From contig CAXXIN010000013.1 in NCBI GenBank assembly GCA_963665275.2, positions 64,001-128,000 on the forward strand: a stretch of DNA of 64,000 nt, given 5' to 3'. The position numbers were made by a program, and so were the translations under genes. Origin of the DNA: Negativicutes bacterium (GTDB taxonomy: Bacteria > Bacillota > Negativicutes > UBA1444). The stretch's first letter is position 1; each line of letters starts with the position of its first letter. Below, piece after piece: positions 9,707 through 20,600 of this stretch. The notes under the pieces are model-generated. The model was given only the letters and a program-made list of their open reading frames with translations. It was not told the origin of the DNA and did no database searches.

Positions 9707-10438
9707 TTACAGCGGCAGATACATTTTTAAGCGTGCGGCATAGACCCTACCCACCGGAATTTCCTCTTTCGACGGACTCATGATGAGCAGGTAACCGCGG
9801 TTAAACCAGTTCGCCAGCTGGCCAATCTGGTTGACATTGACAATAAAGTTGCGATGGCAACGAAAAAAATCCGCCGGGTCTAATGCCTCTTCAAGCTCAT
9901 GCAAGCGGTTGCGAATTTCATAGCGTTTTCCCGCTAAAGTGCGGATGAAAATTTGCCGATTCTCCGCCTGGAAATATTCTATCTGCGCCACATCGATGAC
10001 TTCCAGCCGATCGCCTGTTTCGGCCAGTACTTTTTTTAAAAATGGGCGGGGGGGCGTGGTCGATTTTGGGGTCAGTCGAGCCCGCAGTCTCTTTAAAACC
10101 CGCTCGATATCACTTTCATCGAAGGGCTTCAGGATATAGTCCACGGCATCTACTTGAAAGGCATCAACGGCAAAATTATTGAATGCCGTAACGAATACGA
10201 TAAAAGGTTTCCGCGGGCGGGAAGAGAGGACTCTCGCCGCATCCATGCCATTCATGACCGGCATCTGGATGTCGAGAAAGACCGCATCCACTTCCAGCTT
10301 GTCCACCAGCGCGATAGCATCTTCTCCGTTGTGACCGATGCCTACGACTTCGACTTCGCCCGAGTTCTCCAGCAGGCATTTCAACTCATCGCACAGAATC
10401 GGCTCATCATCAATCAGGATAACTTTCAATAGCCCCAT
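9707..10438 (-). CDS. LytTR-family response regulator
   Basis: Receiver (IDDE, FLDIQMP, YILKP) plus LytTR domain (FFRCHRNFIVN). Confidence 0.92.
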   Translation of the reverse strand: MGLLKVILIDDEPILCDELKCLLENSGEVEVVGIGHNGEDAIALVDKLEVDAVFLDIQMPVMNGMDAARVLSSRPRKPFIVFVTAFNNFAVDAFQVDAVDYILKPFDESDIERVLKRLRARLTPKSTTPPRPFLKKVLAETGDRLEVIDVAQIEYFQAENRQIFIRTLAGKRYEIRNRLHELEEALDPADFFRCHRNFIVNVNQIGQLANWFNRGYLLIMSPSKEEIPVGRVYAARLKMYLPL

Positions 10439-12159
10439 GAACTCTGACCCTCCTTGCGCAGAACGGGCAGCAGGACCTTAACAACCGTGCCCTGTCCTTC
10501 CCGGCTCTCAATTTCCAGACCATATTGCGGTCCAAACGTGGCCTGAATTCGTTTGTGAACATTATTGAGTCCGATCCCAGCCCCCGTTGTCTCGCGGACG
10601 GAACTGCCGTCAAACTGCCTGATTGCCTGCAACCGCGCAGCACAGATCCCGGCGCCGTCATCCGCCACCTCGATATGAAGGAGGGTTTCCGCCTCATAGA
10701 TCCGGATCACGAGAGTTCCCCCGTCACGTTTGGAGGACAGGCCATGTTTGATCGCATTCTCAACGAGCGGCTGCAGGGAAAATACCGGCAGCAGAACGTC
10801 CGACAACCCCTCGGAAACTTCTTCCCGGAGCCGAATCCGCTCGCCGAAACGCGATTGTTCCAGCCGCACATAAGAACGGGTGATTTCCAGTTCTTCATCC
10901 AGTCGGGCCAGATCCGCGCCATGCTCAAGCGTACGGCGCAAGAAATCCGACAAATCTTTGATTCGCGCCCGCGCTTGCTCCGGTGCGGTTCTCACCAAGG
11001 CCCGGATAGTCCCCAGCGTATTAAACAGGAAATGCGGGTTCACTTGCGCCTTCAGCATGTTGTATTCCGCTTGCGCCAGCATCACCTTCTGCTCGGCTAG
11101 GGAGTGCCGGTCCAATAAGAGCCCCAGGAAGTCCGCAATCCCCTGAATAATTTCTGCTTCATACGCGGTGATGACTTCGCCTTTCGTCTTGTAGAGTTTC
11201 AGAATTCCCTGCACCTGTCCATCAACGACCAGCGGGGCTTCAATCACCGAAGTAAGCGGACACTGAGGGTCCGGGCAACCGATCTCTTCGCGGCTGTTGA
11301 AAATCATGGTCCGCCGGGCGTTAACCGCCTGGTGGGTAGCCTGCGTCAAAATTGGTGAATTCACCAGATGATGGTCCGATCCAAGCCCCACGAAACTGAG
11401 CACCATTTCATTGTTGGTAATCGCCACGGCGGCCGCTTTGGTCTCCGCCCGGATGATGCCGGCAATTTTCGCGGCAGTCTTGACGTTCAGCCCCTCGTGC
11501 AACAGTTCGGTAGTTTGCTGAATCAGGCGGATCGCCTGTTGCGCCGACTGCGCCTGGACTTTTTGCTGCTCGCGGAATACGTCCCGCACAATATAGAAAA
11601 ACAACCCCACGGCTAGGGAATTGGCGATGATGGTTGGAATGCCGATAATCGATTCCAGTTCCCATGCTTTCTCAAACGGTTTCGACAAAAGCAAAATCAA
11701 AAATTTCAGATTCAGTTCGCACACGAGAGCGGTCAATAAAGCGATTTTCAACGTCAAGCGACCGGGGCCGTATTTTTTGTAGACGAAGCCACTGATCAGC
11801 CCTGCCATGACATTGGCCAGCACCGAAGCGGTCACCGTATAGCCGCCAAGCAGATAACGGGGAATTGCGCCAATAATGCCGGCTATCACTCCGACCAAAG
11901 GTCCCCCCAACAATCCACCGGCGATCGGACCGACGATCCGGGTATTGGCCAGAGCCCCGACTACCGGAATGCCAATATAATTGCCCAGGGCTGAAAATAC
12001 GCCAAATATCAGCGCCAGTATGATTTTGTCATACAGACGGTACTGCGAGTAAGTCAGGGCCCTGCGAATAGCAGGCAGACGCGTGCTGACATAGGCGCCC
12101 ACACCAATCAGCGCAACATTGCGGGCGATATCCAGGATAAGTTCCCACTGCAATTTCAT
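10426..12159 (-). CDS. LytS/YehU-type sensor histidine kinase (5TM-5TMR_LYT)
   Basis: LANTR..GGLLGGP membrane domain, GAF-like region, AQVNPHFLFNTL, LQPLVENAIKHG. Confidence 0.92.
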   Translation of the reverse strand: MKLQWELILDIARNVALIGVGAYVSTRLPAIRRALTYSQYRLYDKIILALIFGVFSALGNYIGIPVVGALANTRIVGPIAGGLLGGPLVGVIAGIIGAIPRYLLGGYTVTASVLANVMAGLISGFVYKKYGPGRLTLKIALLTALVCELNLKFLILLLSKPFEKAWELESIIGIPTIIANSLAVGLFFYIVRDVFREQQKVQAQSAQQAIRLIQQTTELLHEGLNVKTAAKIAGIIRAETKAAAVAITNNEMVLSFVGLGSDHHLVNSPILTQATHQAVNARRTMIFNSREEIGCPDPQCPLTSVIEAPLVVDGQVQGILKLYKTKGEVITAYEAEIIQGIADFLGLLLDRHSLAEQKVMLAQAEYNMLKAQVNPHFLFNTLGTIRALVRTAPEQARARIKDLSDFLRRTLEHGADLARLDEELEITRSYVRLEQSRFGERIRLREEVSEGLSDVLLPVFSLQPLVENAIKHGLSSKRDGGTLVIRIYEAETLLHIEVADDGAGICAARLQAIRQFDGSSVRETTGAGIGLNNVHKRIQATFGPQYGLEIESREGQGTVVKVLLPVLRKEGQSSWGY

Positions 12160-12219
12160 GGTTTCCTGCGGCTCCCTCTGCTATTCCGGCGTGCCTGCCT
12201 GCGCCGTGCTTGTTTCTTG

Positions 12220-12621
12220 TTAGGTATGATTGGAATCTTTCAGTACATAGAGGCAAACCGAACTATTGGGTTCTCTGCCGGCTTGGCCGAGCCTGTAAGA
12301 GAGTTCCAGCCGCAACCGAAACTCCTCGTCCTCCGTCGCAGCGCGGAACCACTCACGCAACGTCGGTTTGGGATCAAAATTGTCCAGGATTTCGGTGTGT
12401 TCGAGGTATTCAGCCACCGATAGCGGCGCCCCGTCATCGTCGTTCTGCCGAACATGCCCGATGAATTTTTCCGGCCCGAACAGTCCCAGGAGAGGAACAT
12501 AATACCAGTGCCGAAACAAGCCCAGTCGGACGGCCACCCGGCTGTCAGAGCCGAACTCCCTGCTGAAATGGAGAATGTTGTGAATCACTTCCTGCAGAGT
12601 CTGCACCGTCCGCAACTGCAC
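12220..12621 (-). CDS. Hypothetical protein, 133 aa
   Basis: GTG start after AAGGAGG; fills the gap between sbcC and the kinase. Confidence 0.65.
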   Translation of the reverse strand: MQLRTVQTLQEVIHNILHFSREFGSDSRVAVRLGLFRHWYYVPLLGLFGPEKFIGHVRQNDDDGAPLSVAEYLEHTEILDNFDPKPTLREWFRAATEDEEFRLRLELSYRLGQAGREPNSSVCLYVLKDSNHT

Positions 12622-12684
12622 CTCACGCGCCTCCTTGATTTCCTCTCACCTTAAAACAATTCAGCCTGTGAATCAAAAACCCTT

Positions 12685-15600
12685 TTATCCCACATGAAAT
12701 TCTGCCCGACTGCCGCGCTCGATCGGGATGATTTCCAGCCTGGCATCGATCCGTTCACGCAACTCCGGCACATGGGAGATGATTCCGACCAGTCTGCCTC
12801 CCTGCTTCAACTCTACCAGTGCGTCTATTGCCAGTTCCAGCGTTTCCGGGTCCAGCGTCCCGAACCCCTCGTCCACGAATAGCGTTTCGAGATGAATGCC
12901 GCCGGACCGGGACTGTACGACATCCGCCAGCCCGAGCGCCAGGGAAAGCGAAGCCAGGAACGTTTCACCGCCGGACAAAGTCTGCACCGGACGAGCTTCG
13001 CCGGTATAGCCGTCGAGAACTTCCAGGTCCAGCCCGGCGCCCCTCCGTTTGTCTTCCCTTTCTTCTCTGCGTCTCAGTCTGTAACGGCCCCGGGTCATTT
13101 CTTTCAGGCGCAGATTCGCATAAAGGCTGACTTCATCCAGCAAAAAGCCCAGCACATATCGTTCGAAACTGACGCCGGTAAAACGTCCGGAGGCAAGTTC
13201 GTGGAGCCCTGCATAGAGGGCATGGTTCTCCTCTGCCGCCGCCCGTTCCAAGAGTAGTTCCATGAACCGGGCGATCAGGCTCCGCGCCTGTTGCAAGCGA
13301 TCTTGAAGACGCCCTTCCTCCACCCGCAATTCCTGCTCCCTCACATTCGCTGCGGCATAAGAAGCCTCCAGCGCACTCAGGTCCGGCGCTCCCGTGATCA
13401 GACGCGCCGCCAGAACGGCCCGTTCCACCCGCTCGCGAGCCGCTGCCCTCCTCCCGTCAAAATCGCGAATTACCGCATCGAGTTCCCGGCGCACTTCGGG
13501 GCTGCGCAGGGCAGCGCTGTACTCGGCATCGCCAGGCAAGCCTGCCTCGGCGATGCGCAGGACGTTTCTCGCCCTCGGCAACTTCCCATGCCTGCTCTGC
13601 CTTGTCGACAGCGGCTTTTCGTTCATCATTCTGGGTCTGGGCCTGGGCCAACGCATTGCCGGCCGCAATCGTTTTTTGACGCGATTGTTCCAGCTGGCTC
13701 TGCATTGCGGATATATGGGCTGTAACTTGAGCAATCGCCAGCTCCAGAGCCTTGATGTCACGATATTCCTCCGGAACCGACGCCTGACGATCCCGCGCCA
13801 CCGCCTCCGCCACCTGTGCCCGGGATTCAGCGCCAGTCCGGCTCTGTTCCCTGAAGGTGCGACCTGACTTCGCCGCTTCCAATTTTTGCAGCAGCATCTG
13901 CCCTTGTTGTCGCAGCGTTTCGACTTCCACTCCCGCGCTGACAGCCTCTTGCCAGCTTTGCCGGGCCGCCTTCACGGCCAGATCCAACCGCGTCAGGTCC
14001 CACCCGGCATATTCGCCAAGTTCCTCCGACAGCGCGGCCAGCGCATGCGTCAGCCGGTCGCGCTCGGACCGGGCCGCATACTCCAGCGGTCGGGCCATAT
14101 CGGACGCTTTGCGACACTCCTCCACGAGTTGTTTCTGTCGCCGCAGCGCCGCCTGATCCGGGGCATCCCCGGACGCAACCGCCGGAGCGGGATGCTCGGT
14201 CGATCCGCATACAGGGCAGGGCCGTCCGGCAGCCAGACTGCCGGCCAATAGCGCAGCCTGCTCATTTTCCCAGTGTCCCTGCAGTATTTCCAGCCGGGAC
14301 TGCTCGTTTTCTCCATGCACGCGTCCTGCTTCCAGAGCCACTGTGGCTTCGGTCAATTTTTTTTCCGCAGCCAACAGTGCGGTTGCAGTCAGGCTGAGCT
14401 TTTCGCGGCGTTCCCACAGGCCCTGCCATTGTTTGAAAGCAGCCTCGCGTCCTCCTGTTTCGGCCGAAAGAACGGCGACCCGGGCCGCCCGGGCCTGAAG
14501 CGTTTCGCTGCTTTGCTGCAAGATTGCCAGTGCCGTCTCAGATTTTTGAAGTTCTTCTGCTGCGACTGAAGCCTCCTGCCTGCAGCGGCGGGCGACGGCG
14601 AGAGTTTCCCCGAGCGCCGCGCTCTTGCTTCTGAGATCTTCCAGCCGAGTCTTTTCCTGAATCCACCCAGCCAGTTCCGGTTCCCTTGCCTGTAGTGATT
14701 CCCATTCGCGAACTGCTGTTTCCCGTCGAAGATTCGCAGCCGCCAGTTCCGCTTGTGCTTCATGCCAATGAACGACGGAGCGTTCGCGGTCGAGTTGCCG
14801 CTCCTGGGCCACAGCAACGGATTCGCCGGCTTCGGCCGCCTGCAAAGCCCGCTGCAGTTCGAGACGTTTAGCCGACACCTCGTCCGCCGTCGATTGCAAG
14901 GTTATGAGCGCCAGTTCCGCCGAATGTCGCTCATCCAGAGCCTGACGATCCCTCTGCGCTCCTGCGAGCAGTTGCCTGGCAAGAGTAACTGCCGAAGAGG
15001 CATCGGCGATCTGCTGCTGCAAACCGACGGCTGCCTGTTCGTCCGCAGCCAGACGAACTTCCAGTTCCTCCCGTGTTTCTACCCCGGCCAGGGTCTGCAG
15101 TTCCTGCCTTTTAGCCTCCAGCTCGGCGAAGCGTTCCGCCCAGATTTTCGACTCATCCTTCAGTCGTTGTTCGACGACGCTGTAATACTCCGTCTGGAAC
15201 AGCGTCTGCATGATTTCTTGCCGCTCGCCGGAATCCGCCAGCAGCAGACGGCGAAATTCACCTTGAGGCAGCAGTACGACCTGTCTGAACTGGTCCCCCC
15301 GAAAACCTAGAATCCGTTGCACTTCAGAGGTGACCTTCTGCGTTTTTTCGGCCAGCACAGCAGTTTCTTCCCCGTCAACATTAAGGCGGAACAGTGCGGC
15401 GCTCTCCCCGATCTCCGTGAATCCCACGCCCCGTTTGCGGGCGATCTTTTGTTTCGGCGCGCGCCGGACTCGGTATAGTTCCTGCCCAACAGCAAAATCG
15501 AAGCTCACTTCCGTGACATCCGTTTCCGCCGCGTAATCGCTGCGCATATTCTCGCCGCTGCGTACTTTCCCGCTCGTTTCCCCGTAAAGCGCATAGCACA

Positions 15601-15742
15601 TCGCATCAAGCAGGGAAGTTTTCCCCGAACCGGTCGGTCCATGGATCAAAAAGAAGCGGTAAGCACCCAGTTCGGAAAAATCGATCATCTGCTGACCCGC
15701 ATAGGGTCCGAACGCTCGGATGTCCAGTTTTATCGGTCTCAT
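12685..15742 (-). CDS. sbcC: SbcC/Rad50-like ATPase, split by one frameshift near 13565-13575
   Basis: N part has GPTGSGKT and CPVCGS zinc hook; C part has LSGGETF, FVDEGFGTLD, IISH; the two ORFs overlap in different frames. Confidence 0.85.
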
Positions 15743-16878
15743 ACGGCATCACCGCCAGCCCGGGCCGTATCGTCCAGAAGCGCGGCCATCGTCTCCCGCT
15801 GTTTCGCACCGAGCGATTTTTGCGTCGACCACTCGGCAAACGATTCGAATAGCTCCAGACCAGACAGGGAGCGATGGTCTGGTCGAAGTCCCGTTGTAAA
15901 CTGCAAGGCTTCCTGCTGATAACGGTAAGCAATCTCCATTGTCTTCGGATAAAGGGTCCGCAAACGGTGTATCGCCTGGATCACCGGCGCTTCGTCCAAA
16001 AGGGTGATGCTCAGATAATCGTTCGGATTCTCACCGGCTTTCGGTCCCTGCATCAGCTCGCTGAACAACCCCTCAACAAGGCGCATGTCTCGGTGACCAG
16101 ACAGCGGCAGAAACTCCTGTCTGCGATTGCCGGCCTCGTCGATTTCCACCAGATAGACGCCTTTTTTGTGCGCCGCCTCGTCAAAGGAATATTTCATCAA
16201 AGAGCCGCTGTACGTCACCCGGCCCCCTTCCATCTGCTGCGGCCGGTGCAAATGTCCCATGGCCACATAGTCGAATCCGCCGAAGTGTTCGGCCGAAACC
16301 GCGCCGCTGCCTCCCACACTGAGCGGCCGCTCCGATTCTGAACACTCTCCGCCGGTCAGAAATGCATGGGCCAGCGCCACGCTTCTGCCTGATTTTCCAC
16401 CCCTGCCCGCCATCCGGCGGCTGATCGCCGCATCGGCATCCGTTACCGTAGAATCCGCCAATTCCAGGCGAACAGCAGCCGTATCCGCATACGGAAGCAG
16501 TTCGAAGCGGACCGGGCCCCAAACATCTTCCAGCGTCACCGCACTGGGAGTCACCGATGAAGCGACATGCAGCCGGTTTTTGCCGAAAAAGCGGTTGCCG
16601 AAAGCAAGTCGCGGCCCACTGTCATGATTACCGGAAATCATCAGCACCGGTATGCCGGCATCCAACACCAAGGCGCCCAGCGTCTCGTCGAGCAGTTCCA
16701 CCGCCTCGGCGGGTGGAACACTCCGGTCATAGACGTCGCCTGCGATCAGGATGGCATCCGGTTTCATATCCTTCGCCATCGCGACGAACTCACCCAAAAG
16801 AGTCGCCTGCTCTTCGGTAAGCGATTCACCGAAAAACAGGCGTCCCAAATGCCAATCCGAAGTATGGATAAATCTCAT
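15739..16878 (-). CDS. sbcD: SbcD/Mre11-like nuclease
   Basis: HTSDWHLG, AGDVYD, GNHDS, MGHLH motifs; overlaps sbcC start. Confidence 0.92.
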   Translation of the reverse strand: MRFIHTSDWHLGRLFFGESLTEEQATLLGEFVAMAKDMKPDAILIAGDVYDRSVPPAEAVELLDETLGALVLDAGIPVLMISGNHDSGPRLAFGNRFFGKNRLHVASSVTPSAVTLEDVWGPVRFELLPYADTAAVRLELADSTVTDADAAISRRMAGRGGKSGRSVALAHAFLTGGECSESERPLSVGGSGAVSAEHFGGFDYVAMGHLHRPQQMEGGRVTYSGSLMKYSFDEAAHKKGVYLVEIDEAGNRRQEFLPLSGHRDMRLVEGLFSELMQGPKAGENPNDYLSITLLDEAPVIQAIHRLRTLYPKTMEIAYRYQQEALQFTTGLRPDHRSLSGLELFESFAEWSTQKSLGAKQRETMAALLDDTARAGGDAV

Positions 16879-16896
16879 GCCCAAGCCTCCGCATTT

Positions 16897-17595
16897 TTAT
16901 TTTTCTAATTCGCCGGAAGCCTCCGCTGCTTTTTTCGCGTCCCTCGACGCCTGCCAGGCTTCACGGGCCATCTCCAGAATACGTTTTTCGTTTTTTGCTT
17001 GCGGGTTGCCGACTACCCGGCCCAAATACGAGAGCGCCTCGTCATATCGGCCGACGCGCCGCAGCAGTTCGCCGATGATATAGGACAGGGTGACTTCCGT
17101 CAATGTTCCGATCGGCGTTTGCTCACGCATAAAAGCCGCCTCATAGTTTTTCACGGCCCGGTCCAATACGGCCTTTTCTTCAGCGACCATTGCTTTTTCC
17201 CGGTACAGCCAGGCCAAACGCAATTCCAGGCTAGCGATATGGCTGGCAGGCAACCCCACCATGCCGGCATAATAAATAGCCAGCTTATAGGACGTGACCG
17301 CTTGTTCCCAGCTCCGGGGGCCGCTGAGATCCAATTTGACCTCGCGTCCGGTCAGGAAGGTCTTCAGGTTCTGCCGGGCGCCTTCCAGCAAGGTGAAAAA
17401 TCGTTCTTCATGGGCGGCGAATCCGCAGTTGGGGCACACCCATATCGTGTAGTAATAAGGATTCAGATCCTTGAAATGCGTGCAAAAATCGGTATCCGTA
17501 GATTCCGCGACGATCTGACCCCTGGTCTTCGTCAATTTGAAATTTTGTTCGCATATGGGACAGGTCTTTTCGACCTGATATAAGGGATCCAGCAT
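16897..17595 (-). CDS. DUF2225-like protein (two CxxC pairs, TPR-like helices)
   Basis: CPIC...DTDFC...CPNCGFA; LRLAWLYRE; IGELLRRVG. Confidence 0.75.
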   Translation of the reverse strand: MLDPLYQVEKTCPICEQNFKLTKTRGQIVAESTDTDFCTHFKDLNPYYYTIWVCPNCGFAAHEERFFTLLEGARQNLKTFLTGREVKLDLSGPRSWEQAVTSYKLAIYYAGMVGLPASHIASLELRLAWLYREKAMVAEEKAVLDRAVKNYEAAFMREQTPIGTLTEVTLSYIIGELLRRVGRYDEALSYLGRVVGNPQAKNEKRILEMAREAWQASRDAKKAAEASGELEK

Positions 17596-17615
17596 AGAAA
17601 AGTCCTCCTATCGTC

Positions 17616-20600
17616 TCAATTTCGCGCAGTTTTTATCACCAGCGCGCGAATCTCGGCTGCGAGCTCAGGCGTCAGCTCCGTACCGTTTAGTCGCCAGGAC
17701 CAGTTTCCTGCCGCGGTGCCCGGCAGGTTCATTCTCGCCTCTGTATCGAGACCCAGCCAGTCCTGCGCCGGAATCATGGCCACTCGGGCTACACTGGACA
17801 TCACGCGCTCCACGAGTGCCCTGACCAGCTCCTGCAAAGGGATATCGGGCGAAGCCTGGGCGTAGGCCAAAGCGCCGGCATACAGTTCAGGCTGTTTCAC
17901 CTGCGCGAATTTCAGCCAGCCCAATAGCGTATCATTGTCATGTGTGCCGGTATAGTAGAATGTGTTCGGTTGAGGGTTCGGCAGATGATAGCCCTTCCCG
18001 TCCGGATCGGGCCAAATCAGAAAAGGCATGATCGCCATGCCCGGCAGGAAGAACGATTCCTTCAATTTCACGACTTCCGGCGTTATAACGCCGAGGTCTT
18101 CCGCCAATATCGGAATTTCACCCAACTGGCGCAGCAGCGCGTTGAAAAAATGTGCAGCCGGCCCCTTGACCCATTTGCCGCGAATCGCAGTTTTGGCGCG
18201 GGTCGGAATTTCCCAGAACGCTTCGAACCCCCGGAAATGGTCGATGCGAATTGCATCTACAGACCGGAACAGCCACTGCAAGCGACGTATCCACCATGAA
18301 TAGTCATCTGCGGCATGCTGGGTCCAATCATAATGAGGATTGCCCCAACGCTGACCAGTCCGGCTGAAATAGTCAGGCGGTACTCCCGCACAGGTCTTGG
18401 GGCGTCCGTGTTTATCAAGCGAGCAAAGTTGTGGAAACGCCCAGACATCGGCGCTGTCATGCGCAATAAAAATTGGCAGGTCGCCGACAATTTTTATGCC
18501 TTTGGCCGTTGCATGGCGATGCAACTTGTCCCACTGGCTGAAGAATATGTACTGCACGAAACGGTGAAAGCCGATTTCCGTCTCCAGCTTGGCCTTATAT
18601 CGCTGCAGGGCTTCCGGTTCTCTATGCGCCACGCCTGCATCCCATTCCGTCCAGGCCGCTCCTGCATGGAAATCTTTCAACGCCCTGAACCAAACGTAGT
18701 CCTCTATCCAGGCGGCAGCATTCCTACAGAAGTCCAGGTAATCCTCCGGTTCCGGCTGCTGGCGGAAATTGGTGTAAGCAACTCGCAGCAAGGTATTTTT
18801 CCACGCAGACACTTTTTCATATTCCACTTTCCCGTCGCAAAGTCCTGCCGGGGGCAAAAGCTCTTGCAGCAGTCCGCGCGCGAGCAGATCCTCCGGTGAT
18901 ATCAGAAGCGGGTTGCCGGCAAAAGCCGAGGCGCTCTGATAAGGCGATCCGGTAGAGTCGACCGGCGTCAGGGGAAGAACCTGCCAGAGAGTTTGACCGG
19001 CTGCCGCCAGCCAATCGACAAAAGTATGGGCAGCTGGACCGAGATCGCCGATCCCATAAGGGCCCGGCAACGATGTCGGATGCAGCAAAATACCTGAGTG
19101 TCTGGCAGAAAACAACGGGTGCACCGCCGCCTTCAGCAGGATCGCCGACAGCGGCGGCAGGGTGATCGACAACAGCCCTTTCTCATCCGGCAGATAAAGG
19201 GCGTTTTCCTGCCCGAGGATTTCGCGAAGCGGTCCGAAACAGACCGAAGAAATGTCGACGACCCACTCGACAACAGCCTCGCTTCGATTGACAAAAACCA
19301 AAGCGGCTGCATCCGGCATCACCGACCCCAGCACATCACGACCCTCGTCCGTTCGTCGACCGAAGGCAAAGATATCAGCTCCGGCCGAAAGTGGAACCCA
19401 GCGCCCTGTGCGCAGCACTGCCTCGGAGCGGCGAATCGTTGCCAAACGCTGGTACCATTCCACCAGTTCCGCTTCCTCGTTCCCCCATGGATAGGTCCGA
19501 CGGTTCTGCGGATCACTGTGCCCTTCCAGGCCGGCTTCGTCGCCATAATAGATACAGGGCACGCCCGGTGAGGCAAACTGGATCAGCGCCGCCAGTTTCA
19601 GCCGTTCCACCGCCACGCGGCGCGCGGCGGCAGGCAGATGATAACGCGCCTGTTCCAGCTTCGTCAATTGATTTTCCGGCGCCGCGCCGCCAAGAAGCGT
19701 CAGCGCCCGCGGCACATCATGCGACCCAAGTACGTTCATGGTCGCATAAAAATAGGGCGCCGGATAGTTTTCACTCAGGCTGATCAACCGGCGCATGGAG
19801 GCATCCGCATCGCAATGTCCGGTGAAAAAGTCGATCACCGCCGATCGGAACGGATAATTGATGACTGAATCCAGTTCCCGACCCAAGAGATACTCTCGCA
19901 GAATTCCATAGCTTTCCTTGCGTGAAGCATCTTCCCACACTTCTCCGATCAGTACGGCCTCCGGATCTGTCGCTTTAAGTTCGCGGTACATCTCTTGCAC
20001 GAACTCTCCCGGCAGTTCATCTACGACATCCAGCCGCCAGCCGGCAGCGCCCCTTTTCAACCAGTGTTTGATCACGCTGTCCGGTCCGCTGATAATGAAG
20101 TCGCGGTAGGAAGGTTCCATTTCATTGACATTCGGCAGGGTAGTCACCCCCCACCAGCAATCGTACTTGTCCGGATACTCAGTAAACCGGTACCAAGGGT
20201 AGGAAGGAGAATCTTTGGACCGCAACGCAGCTTGAAAATAAGGACTGTCAGAACCGGTATGACTGAACACGCCGTCCAGAATCAGATGGATCCCGGCAGC
20301 GCTTGCTGCGGCCTGTAGCCGGGCGAAGGCCTCGTCTCCGCCGAACTGCGCGTCCACTTTTTTGTAATCGCCTGTATCGTATTTATGGTTGGATACCGAT
20401 TCGAAAATCGGATTCATGTAGAGAATCGTCACGCCCAGACTCTTCAAGTATGAAAGTTTGTCGGTAACGCCGTCCAGTGTGCCGCCAAAAAAATCATACG
20501 CGGCAATATCCCCCGTTTGCGGGTCCTTGGCATAAAACGGGGAATCATTCCAGTGAGGATGATATAGCCCTCCAGCGGGCAGTTCCGGCAGCGGGGATGG

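Noticed and set aside
13555-13580. Programmed frameshift in sbcC
   Set aside because: No slippery heptamer or stimulatory structure seen; a simple indel error is more likely
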